This document shows positions 6,931 to 14,022 of a stretch of 14,022 bases of DNA, in pieces (within the stretch, counting starts at the first letter, position 1; the number at the start of each line of letters is the position of its first letter). The notes beneath the pieces are model-generated. The model saw only the letters and a program-made list of their open reading frames with translations. It was not told where the DNA came from and searched no databases. The translations under genes and the position numbers were made by a program. The stretch is from a bacterium (GTDB lineage: Bacteria; Zhuqueibacterota; Zhuqueibacteria; Oceanimicrobiales; Oceanimicrobiaceae), in NCBI GenBank assembly GCA_046758365.1, contig JBHIAC010000087.1, positions 1 through 14,022 on the forward strand, read 5' to 3'.

Positions 6931-8334
6931 CTACCAGACAGTGTGGAAAATTCCTTCTTTGTCAATTCGACGATAGGTATGGGCGCCAAAATAATCCCGC
7001 TGGGCCTGGAGGAGATTCGCTGGCAACCTTTTTTGTCTATACGAATCAAAGTAATTCAGCGATGCACTCATGGCGGGACACGGAATGCCCAAGTTTAATG
7101 CTATGTTTACAACCCTACGCCAGTTTTCCTGGGAGGCATTAAGCTGTTCACTGAAGTATTCATCAACCATCAGATTTATGAGTGCGGGGTTCTTGCTGTA
7201 GGCGCGCCGAATCGGCTCAAGCAATCTTGCACGGATAATGCATCCCCCACGCCAGATTTTAGCAATCTCATCAAGCTTCAATTCGTAACTATACTCGATT
7301 GACGCAGACTTCAACAGAGCCATCCCTTGCGCATAGCTTGTAATAATCGAAGCGTGCAGCGCATCTTCTAGCGCCGAAATTATTTTCTTATTCATATCTG
7401 TTGGTGTTCGCTTTGGCCCCTGGAGAATCCGGGCGGCCTCCAGCCGCTCTTCCCGGTAGGCAGAGAGGATTCTTGCTTCCAAAGCAGCATTGATGGTTGG
7501 AATCGGCACCCCTAAATCAAAGGCATTTTGGGTAGTCCATTTACCTGTACCTTTTTGCTCCGCGGTGTCAAGAATGAAGTCCACTAATGGCTGCCTGGTC
7601 TCGGGGTCCACTTTTGCCAAGATTTTGCCCGTTATTTCGATTAGATAGGAATTCAATTCACCCATATTCCATTCGTCAAAAACAGTAGCGGTTTCCGTAA
7701 TAGAGAGACCTATGCCAGCTTTTAGAATATCATAAGTCTCGCAAATAAGTTGCATGATCCCGTACTCGATTCCGTTGTGCACCATCTTAACGTAGTGGCC
7801 TGCCCCGCCGGGACCAATGTACGTACAACAAGGTTCACCATTTACCCGGGCAGCTATCTTGGTCACCACCGGTTCTATGACCTCATAGGCATCTTTTGAG
7901 CCGCCGGGCATGATACTCGGACCCTTTAGGGCTCCTTCTTCCCCACCCGAGACCCCCATACCGATATATCTGAATCCCTGGGTCTCGAGTGCGCTAGCTC
8001 TTCGCTGGGTATCCAAGAAAAAAGAATTGCCTGCGTCAATGATTATGTCACCATTGTCCAGATGTGGTTTCAGGAGGGCAATAAAGTCCTCCACTGGCTT
8101 TCCAGCTTTCACCATTAATAGGATGCGTCGCGGTCTTTGGAGCGCATTTACAAACTCAGCAATATCATAGGTGTCAATAATATTTTTCCCTTTTGCTTTG
8201 CCTTCTATGAACTCCTTAGTCCTTTTTGCTGTCCGATTGAAAACAGCTACTGAGAAACCATTTCTTTCGATGTTGAGGACAAGATTTTGCCCCATAACTG
8301 CAAGTCCTATGATTCCAAAATCACTCTTCTTCAT
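6931..8334 (-). CDS. gnd: 6-phosphogluconate dehydrogenase, decarboxylating, NADP-dependent (long form)
   Basis: 'GIIGLAVMGQNL', 'FNRT' (NADP-type), 'LLMVKAG', 'GVSGGEEGALKGPSIMPGG', 'GHYVKMVHNGIEYG', 'QKGTGKWT', 'WRGGCIIRA', 'QAQRDYFGAHTY'. GGAG RBS upstream of tandem ATGs at 8337/8334, so the start is probably not the ORF-track 8361. Confidence 0.96.
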   Translation of the reverse strand: MKKSDFGIIGLAVMGQNLVLNIERNGFSVAVFNRTAKRTKEFIEGKAKGKNIIDTYDIAEFVNALQRPRRILLMVKAGKPVEDFIALLKPHLDNGDIIIDAGNSFFLDTQRRASALETQGFRYIGMGVSGGEEGALKGPSIMPGGSKDAYEVIEPVVTKIAARVNGEPCCTYIGPGGAGHYVKMVHNGIEYGIMQLICETYDILKAGIGLSITETATVFDEWNMGELNSYLIEITGKILAKVDPETRQPLVDFILDTAEQKGTGKWTTQNAFDLGVPIPTINAALEARILSAYREERLEAARILQGPKRTPTDMNKKIISALEDALHASIITSYAQGMALLKSASIEYSYELKLDEIAKIWRGGCIIRARLLEPIRRAYSKNPALINLMVDEYFSEQLNASQENWRRVVNIALNLGIPCPAMSASLNYFDSYRQKRLPANLLQAQRDYFGAHTYRRIDKEGIFHTVW

Positions 8335-8357
8335 CATTTTCTCCGCATTTAAGATGA

Positions 8358-9008
8358 TCAAATTCTCGAATGTGCTGCTTTAATATTGGCAACTAATCTC
8401 TTAGCCCTTTCCGTTAATACTTCAAACAGGTCAGACTCGATAGCTTTTTTGTCCAATAAGTTTGAGCCAATACCAACACAACAGGCACCAGCTTTTATAA
8501 ATTCACCGGCATTTTCGATAGTGACGCCTCCCGTGGGCATCAATTGAAGATGCGGCATCGGCGCTTTAATAGCTTTGAAAAATGCCATCCCCACAACATC
8601 TGCTGGAAAAACCTTGACAATATCTGCGCCCTGTTCATGAGCAGTCAGTATTTCTGTTGGGGTGAAAGCGCCGGGCACGGCTGGTAAATCATAGCGATGT
8701 GCCGTTTGAATGATCTCAGGTTTGAAAATAGGACTCACAACAAATGTCGCACCGGCATTGATAGCTTTCCGGGCCGTTTCCGCATCCAGAACCGAGCCCA
8801 CCCCGATTTGCATGAAATCTCCCATGGAGTTAGCACTCTCTTCAATGACCTTCAAGGCGTTCGGTGTTGTCATGGTAACTTCAATCGCGGCTATTCCACC
8901 TCTATGAACGGCTTCAGCAACCTTTTTAATCTTATGAGAATCGTTCATTCTGATGACAGCAATAGCTCCACCGGCAATTAAATTCTGAACAATTTCATGA
9001 CGTGACAT
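8358..9008 (-). CDS. eda: KDPG/KHG aldolase (2-dehydro-3-deoxyphosphogluconate aldolase)
   Basis: 'IAVIR', 'IEVTMTTP', 'IGVGSVLD', 'FVVSP', 'PGAFTPTEI', Schiff-base Lys motif 'VKVFPA', 'MPTGGV'. AGGAGG RBS upstream. Confidence 0.95.
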   Translation of the reverse strand: MSRHEIVQNLIAGGAIAVIRMNDSHKIKKVAEAVHRGGIAAIEVTMTTPNALKVIEESANSMGDFMQIGVGSVLDAETARKAINAGATFVVSPIFKPEIIQTAHRYDLPAVPGAFTPTEILTAHEQGADIVKVFPADVVGMAFFKAIKAPMPHLQLMPTGGVTIENAGEFIKAGACCVGIGSNLLDKKAIESDLFEVLTERAKRLVANIKAAHSRI

Positions 9009-9027
9009 ACTTTCCTCCTACCTCAAA

Positions 9028-9810
9028 TTAAATTGTCATTGCCGAAAACCCCCCATCCACACGGATAATAGCTCCTGTTACAAATGACGATGCCTTTTCG
9101 GAAGCCAGCCAGATGGTTGCACCAACCAATTCATGTGCTTCGCCAAAGCGTGCCATGGGCGTATGGCGGAAAATAGTTTCTGTACGTTCCTTTGTCAGAA
9201 TTTTTCTATTTTGTGCTGAAGGGAAAAATCCTGGCGCTATGGCATTCACCCGAATATTGTATGGCGCCCACTCACGGGCTAGAAATTGAGTTAGATTATT
9301 TAAGCCAGCTTTGGAAATGCCGTAGGTGAAAACTTTTGACAGAGGCGGACCTGATGAGGCCGAGGAAATGTTAATGATTCTGCCTCCCTTACCCTGTACA
9401 ATCATTGTTTCACCGAAAACCTGGCATGCAAAAAATATACTCTTTAGATTTACGTGTAAAATTTGTTCCCACTCTTCGTCTGTAATTTCAAAAAATGGCG
9501 TTACCGAATTGATGCCGGGGGCATTGACAAGGATATCCACTTGCTTCCAATTGTTGAGAATTTCATCCTTTGCTTTTATTAAATCAGTTTTACTACTTGC
9601 GTCAACTTGTATTGCTATTGCTTCGCCTTCTAGTACATTCTTTATTATATTTGCTTCCCTGTCAGCCTTTTCGCGAGTACGACTCAAGACTGCTACTTTA
9701 GCGCCTGCCCTGGCCAAACCTTCCGCCATGGCTCCACCAAGAACTCCCCCACCCCCGATAACAACAGCAACTTTATTATTTAAAGCAAACAAATCATCTA
9801 AAAATGACAT
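9028..9810 (-). CDS. uxuB: SDR-type D-mannonate oxidoreductase / fructuronate reductase (UxuB/UxuD-like)
   Basis: Classical SDR ('GGGGVLG', 'LVNAPG', 'YGISK') with motifs typical of the mannonate-reductase SDR subfamily: 'PLSKV..Y', 'VNAIAPGFF...QNR', 'TPMARFG...EL.G...WLASEKASSFVTG....VDGGFSA'. Directly downstream of uxaE. Confidence 0.75.
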   Translation of the reverse strand: MSFLDDLFALNNKVAVVIGGGGVLGGAMAEGLARAGAKVAVLSRTREKADREANIIKNVLEGEAIAIQVDASSKTDLIKAKDEILNNWKQVDILVNAPGINSVTPFFEITDEEWEQILHVNLKSIFFACQVFGETMIVQGKGGRIINISSASSGPPLSKVFTYGISKAGLNNLTQFLAREWAPYNIRVNAIAPGFFPSAQNRKILTKERTETIFRHTPMARFGEAHELVGATIWLASEKASSFVTGAIIRVDGGFSAMTI

Positions 9811-9856
9811 TATCTTTTCCTAAGAATTATTGATTAAATTACTAAGGTCTCTATTC

Positions 9857-11419
9857 CTAAATAAAAGGTTTTATATGACGCCTAAAATGATTCTGCAGAT
9901 AGTCATTATAAATTTCTTCATGCTCTTTCAAGCTATTCAAAATACGATCTCTGAATAGATATTTGCCATTTTCATCCTTAAAAGTCAAAACCTTACCAAA
10001 TGTCACGTGTAATACTTGCCGTGCATCGTTTTGATCAAAAAGCTCTAATAATTGATTGTCAGTAAAATTATCAGAGGATAGTACATTTTCGATTGCCGCA
10101 GAAACATGATAGGTTGCTTTTTCAATCTCAAACTGATCTCTGGCAAAATCAAGAATTTCTCTAAATAAATCAGGCTTTTTATCAGCGAGAGTTCGCAAGG
10201 CTTCTAAATAACTTGTACCGGCTGTTTTGATATGTATATAACCCTGACCAAGTTCACCTACGGCTTCATAAATGCTGAACTTGTCGCTTCCGGAATGAAA
10301 ACTTATTTTATAAGGTCCTAATAATTCAGAAATTTTTACGTGTTTTAAATATTCTTCTTTAAATTTTTCCAAATTCCCTTTATAGTCAATTCCTTTCTCA
10401 AAGTCACCAACAAATCGTGGTGCAAAACTAATTAAACTAATACTTCGTCTTTTAAGCTCATTGACAACAAAAAAATGCTCAAACGATGTAGTTGGTGAAT
10501 CGGTTTCGTCCACAGACAGTTCTAGTTCAAAGGGATAGGTGGGATATTTTTCTTTTAAATGTTGATACATTTTATTCGTATGAGCAATCACTCCACCGTA
10601 TTTTACTAAAGCTCGCATTACTTCTTCCCGGCTCGCTCGAATCCTGTAATCTATTGTGATAGAATAACTTTTGTTCTCATATCTTGCCATTACATTTTCA
10701 AAACTATCATTCAAAAGTTCCCATGGTAATTCTTCTGCACGACTTTGCAGTTCATGCAAATATAATTGGCTAGATTCATTCACGACATATTGACTAGGAT
10801 CGATGGTAAACATAGTAAATCCAGCATTTACCATTAGATCAATATCTTCGGGTGTTTTCAAATGATCTGCGTCGGCTCCAAAACCATTTTTAAAACCTTC
10901 TTGAAAAACAGCCCAAGTAGCAGCATCCAAAACTTCTTCTGGTTTACGCTGGGTTCTCTGGAGTTCACGAATGGATTGCTGAGCGAGGATGGGCTTTAGA
11001 TTCGTGCCAGCAATCGCGCGTATATGCCCGGGATTTGCCACCCCAAGCCGGTCCCCTAAACCAATGGAATTTTGCAACCCAATCAGAACCGGTCTTGTGA
11101 AGTCAAACAATTGTCGAATAATCAAAGAGTTTCTATGAGTCAGCCGGCATTGTTTTACGAATGTGGTCGCTTCAAACCAGGTATTTTGCAGAATTTCGCC
11201 TTGAAATTTCTCTATTGTGGATTTATTACCGTCTAACAAAATAATATACAAATATTTATCAATGCCTTTCCTTGCGATAAAAAGAAAATCACCGTTTATC
11301 TTATTTATCGATTTCGGATAGACATTAACCGTTTCTTCTAATGATAGATCCAAAGGAAAAACTTGATTGGCTTCATTAAGATTAGAGGTTAATTTTTGTA
11401 TTAATTGTTTATTTGTCAT
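9857..11419 (-). CDS. uxaE: Tagaturonate/fructuronate epimerase (UxaE family)
   Basis: 'SIGLGDRLGVANPGH', 'PILAQQSIREL.RT.R', 'FGADADHLK', 'GFTMFTIDPS', 'ELSVDET..PT', 'APRFVGDFEKGIDYKG', 'YKISFHSGSDKFS', 'HIKTAGTSYLEALR', 'RQVLHVTFG'. ATG at 11419 preferred; TTG at 11431 is an alternative. Confidence 0.93.
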   Translation of the reverse strand: MTNKQLIQKLTSNLNEANQVFPLDLSLEETVNVYPKSINKINGDFLFIARKGIDKYLYIILLDGNKSTIEKFQGEILQNTWFEATTFVKQCRLTHRNSLIIRQLFDFTRPVLIGLQNSIGLGDRLGVANPGHIRAIAGTNLKPILAQQSIRELQRTQRKPEEVLDAATWAVFQEGFKNGFGADADHLKTPEDIDLMVNAGFTMFTIDPSQYVVNESSQLYLHELQSRAEELPWELLNDSFENVMARYENKSYSITIDYRIRASREEVMRALVKYGGVIAHTNKMYQHLKEKYPTYPFELELSVDETDSPTTSFEHFFVVNELKRRSISLISFAPRFVGDFEKGIDYKGNLEKFKEEYLKHVKISELLGPYKISFHSGSDKFSIYEAVGELGQGYIHIKTAGTSYLEALRTLADKKPDLFREILDFARDQFEIEKATYHVSAAIENVLSSDNFTDNQLLELFDQNDARQVLHVTFGKVLTFKDENGKYLFRDRILNSLKEHEEIYNDYLQNHFRRHIKPFI

Positions 11420-11444
11420 TTTCTTATCCAAGGAGTTAAATAAT

Positions 11445-13799
11445 TTAATTTTGCAAAATTTTAATTGCAGTTAAAGAAAGTTTTATAGCATCTAATCTTT
11501 CAGTTAATGTTTGAAATACGTGATATGGTACCTCGCCTTTTTCCTTCTCTTCCGCAAGGAACGTTTTGAACGCCTCAATCGCTGTGAAAAAATCTCTAAA
11601 TGCCTGCTTATTCACCGCTTCAGATTCAGTGGCAATAAAGCGCGAAAAATTTTCCATCTGATCACGCAGCCGCTGTGCTGGCTTTACAAGGAGTATCTTC
11701 TTGGTGCCCCGCAAAACATACTGGATGCGCTCTTCTAATCCTTTAAGCTGTTCAAACAACAAAGGTCTATATAATCTCAAAACAGCTTCATTTGAAACTC
11801 GAACAAACAGTGGGATTTTATCCAATGGCGCAGGGTAGGATATAATCGTTGTTGGTCCTTTGGTTATCTTGTGCGACCAGAAATCCATCCATTTACCTTT
11901 CGGAAGATATACTGATCGCGAGGTTCCAGGTTGATATACGGGGGCCGCCAGCAACTCACCGCCAAACATGTACTCAAATTCCTCTTTGTATGCTTGCTGG
12001 TCCTCTGGAAATTCTAAGAAAAGCGGCCGCATGATGGGTGTCCCATCTTTTAACGCTACTTCAGCATAATGAGAGATGTAAGGGAACAAGTAAGTATGTA
12101 GTTGTGCGTAAGCTCTGAAGAGCCTTTCGACCTCATCATCAAACATCCAAGGTTCATGATAGGATTTGCCGCCGACTTCCATAATGGGGGAAAATGCGCC
12201 GAATTGAATCCAGCGGGCGAAAACCTCTTTGGTTGGCGCCCACCGATACCCGCCAACATCCGAGCCCCAAAACGGAAAGCCCACCAGTCCGATGCTTTGC
12301 CCTCCTCGAATCACCGAAGGCAATCCGGTCTTGAAATCAAAATCAGGGGATTGGTCGGCAGCCCAAAACGCAGGCACGTATTTTTGCGAGCCGGCTGATC
12401 CGGCGCGAGGAATCAGCACAAAATCACCATGGCGCCTTTCTTCCATTAATTCGTAAACCGCTTTGTTGTAAAGCAAAGGATAATGTTTCATTTCAAACCC
12501 GCGTTTGCCATTAAAGAGATAGGCATCGTCAGGCAATATGTACGGATCACAATCATCCATTTTAAAGCCGTCAATGCCAAGGTCCACCACCTTAGCAATT
12601 TGGTTTTGCCACCATTTTACCGCGTCGGGATTAGTAAAGTCAATCATCCCTCCCTTGCCATTGGTCGTAAGCCCTATCTCTTTAGACCCTGAGGGAATCC
12701 ACCAAGCAATCTGATACGTTTGTCCTGTTGAGTCTTTCACAAAGTAGCCTTTTTCATCCGCCTCTTTATAATTCTTTGCGGCAGGATTGACAAAAGGTAA
12801 CATCCACAGCAACACACGATACCCCATCTCATGTAGATCATCAATCATCTTTTTAGGGTTGGGAAACTGTTTTGGGTTGAACTCATAATCAATGTACTCA
12901 TTCGACCACGGACTGTCGATGAATATCACACTTGCCGGGATATCCAGTGACTTCAGCATCGTAGCGTCTTGATAGACTTCTGTTTCGTCAAAGACCCAGT
13001 CGCGCCATTTCCAGACCCCGAATTCCCACGAGGGCGGCTTCATCATGCGGCCAGTCATAGCCGTATAAAGCCTTATGATATCTTTGGGAGTTGCTCCGTA
13101 AATAAAATAGAAGCTCAGGATTGGTTGTTCTACCCAGAACGAATATGCGGAACTTTCACGCGTGCAAAAATCGAATGTGAATTTACCATTGGTCTTTGCG
13201 TAAATTCCGTACCCTCGACTGCTTATGAAGAACGGAATCGGCACGGTCCATCTTTGATCATACGTTGGAATTTCTTGTCCACGTAAGTTCAACGAATTAA
13301 ATCGCTGCCCCAGGCCGCTAAAGTGTTCATCCGGGTAAGCATGAAATGAATAACCCAAGGCTTCGATGTCATCTGGAGCTTTCATTTCGATCTTCGTGAT
13401 CGAAGATTCTTGTGTAATCACTATCTCCACCGATGTACCAGATTGCGTAATACCCTTGAAAATATATTTACCTTCTTGCTGATTCATTTCTGTCAAGTGG
13501 GTAACCCGAGACCACTGACCGTTTCTTTTCAAACCAAATAAAACCTGCGGGTGCTCCGTGGGTGCTGTGCTTTCAGTGAGTATCTTTCCTTGTGCATCTT
13601 TGAATATCATCGTGAATGGATTTTTCTGAATCTCAAGCGTTAGCTTCGAGTTTTTAATAACCGTTTCTTGTGCAAATGCCAATGAAAGAAACCAGCAAGG
13701 CATAACGACAAGAAAAACCTGTTTTTTAAGCTGCAGTCTCTGCACAGCCAAACAAAAGATTTTAGATAAGATTCTTCTATTGTGCTTCAACGTAACCAC
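11445..13799 (-). CDS. Glycoside hydrolase family 31 protein, predicted signal peptide, with helical C-terminal extension
   Basis: GH31 hallmarks: 'E.F.GLGQRF', 'PIPFFISSRGYG', 'YTAMTGR...PP.W.FG', 'F.FNPKQFPNPKKMIDDLH..G', 'IDFTNPDAVKWW', nucleophile region 'GIDGFKMDD', acid/base 'WAADQ', 'GFPFWGSDVGG', 'RWIQFGAFSP', 'G.PIMRPLFLEFP', 'YLPKGKW', 'IPLFVR'. Signal-like 'KKQVFLVVMPCWFLSLAFA|Q'. Start uncertain (GTG 13799 or TTG 13790). Confidence 0.9.
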   Translation of the reverse strand: MVTLKHNRRILSKIFCLAVQRLQLKKQVFLVVMPCWFLSLAFAQETVIKNSKLTLEIQKNPFTMIFKDAQGKILTESTAPTEHPQVLFGLKRNGQWSRVTHLTEMNQQEGKYIFKGITQSGTSVEIVITQESSITKIEMKAPDDIEALGYSFHAYPDEHFSGLGQRFNSLNLRGQEIPTYDQRWTVPIPFFISSRGYGIYAKTNGKFTFDFCTRESSAYSFWVEQPILSFYFIYGATPKDIIRLYTAMTGRMMKPPSWEFGVWKWRDWVFDETEVYQDATMLKSLDIPASVIFIDSPWSNEYIDYEFNPKQFPNPKKMIDDLHEMGYRVLLWMLPFVNPAAKNYKEADEKGYFVKDSTGQTYQIAWWIPSGSKEIGLTTNGKGGMIDFTNPDAVKWWQNQIAKVVDLGIDGFKMDDCDPYILPDDAYLFNGKRGFEMKHYPLLYNKAVYELMEERRHGDFVLIPRAGSAGSQKYVPAFWAADQSPDFDFKTGLPSVIRGGQSIGLVGFPFWGSDVGGYRWAPTKEVFARWIQFGAFSPIMEVGGKSYHEPWMFDDEVERLFRAYAQLHTYLFPYISHYAEVALKDGTPIMRPLFLEFPEDQQAYKEEFEYMFGGELLAAPVYQPGTSRSVYLPKGKWMDFWSHKITKGPTTIISYPAPLDKIPLFVRVSNEAVLRLYRPLLFEQLKGLEERIQYVLRGTKKILLVKPAQRLRDQMENFSRFIATESEAVNKQAFRDFFTAIEAFKTFLAEEKEKGEVPYHVFQTLTERLDAIKLSLTAIKILQN

Positions 13800-14022
13800 C
13801 TATTCCTAAAATAAAGGGATTCGGCCACGTCCCTAACCAATGTGGTACTGCGGGGCCTAAAATATTATCTCGAAATGCAATCATCCTGTCTTCTCTGAGA
13901 AGCGTTTTATCTCCCAAAACGGTTCTTAAAGCGCTGATGTAAGTGCCGTGAGTAAAAGCTATCAAAATTCTTCCTTGATATTCTCTATTTAATTTTTCTA
14001 TCAAACGTTTAGCTCGAAAAAC
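13777..14022 (-). CDS. 3' end of a probable histidine phosphatase (phosphoglycerate mutase-like) family protein; 5' part lies outside the window
   Basis: Frame is open to the window edge: 'VFRAKRLIEKLNREYQGRILIAFTHGTYISAL' matches the helix-strand-HG-helix segment ('R...l..l......vlvVsHG..i') of histidine phosphatases. The N-terminal RHG motif is not visible. Confidence 0.55.
   Translation of the reverse strand, partial: VFRAKRLIEKLNREYQGRILIAFTHGTYISALRTVLGDKTLLREDRMIAFRDNILGPAVPHWLGTWPNPFILGIGGYVEAQ

Noticed and set aside
9028..9810. Calling the SDR KduD or gluconate 5-dehydrogenase
   Set aside because: The motifs GGGGVLG, PLSKV, APGFF...QNR and ASSFVTG...DGGFSA, and the position right after uxaE, fit the mannonate/fructuronate SDR subfamily better. 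No kduI is present in the window.
11430..11437. Plus-strand AAGGAG RBS-like sequence between GH31 and uxaE
   Set aside because: No plus-strand start codon or credible ORF follows at a suitable distance; likely chance.
663..13286. Short plus-strand ORFs (e.g. 663-959, 5134-5487, 6494-6853, 9326-9823, 12102-12398, 12969-13286) and nested minus-strand ORF 12056-12259
   Set aside because: All lie antisense to or within well-supported genes, have no recognisable motifs, and look like shadow ORFs.
11445..13799. Calling the GH31 a sulfoquinovosidase (YihQ) or alpha-xylosidase (YicI)
   Set aside because: The nucleophile motif FKMDDCD matches neither MADFGE nor KTDFGE, and no sulfoglycolysis or xylose genes are adjacent.

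Overview
A 14 kb bacterial chromosomal window in which every credible gene lies on the minus strand. Right block (14022->4576): a tightly packed, operon-like sugar-acid cluster. It runs: 3' end of a probable histidine-phosphatase-family gene, a predicted exported GH31 glycosidase with atypical catalytic motifs and a helical C-terminal extension, tagaturonate/fructuronate epimerase (UxaE), SDR-type fructuronate/mannonate oxidoreductase (UxuB/UxuD-like), KDPG aldolase (Eda), NADP-type 6-phosphogluconate dehydrogenase (Gnd), a PdxB-like 4-phosphoerythronate dehydrogenase, and a PfkB-family KDG kinase. Middle: tRNA-Leu(CAA) with its own near-consensus sigma70 promoter. Left block (4158->2): an AT-rich run of CPBP membrane protease, DUF4416 protein, purM, gpsA and a tandem universal stress protein. 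The main oddity is the sugar-acid cluster. It has UxaE/UxuB and KdgK/Eda but, within this window, no mannonate dehydratase (UxuA), UxaC or GntE/GntK. Gnd and a PdxB homologue sit between these genes instead, which may indicate a variant hexuronate route. No mobile element, integrase or CRISPR array was seen. All family calls come from motif recognition by eye, not database searches.
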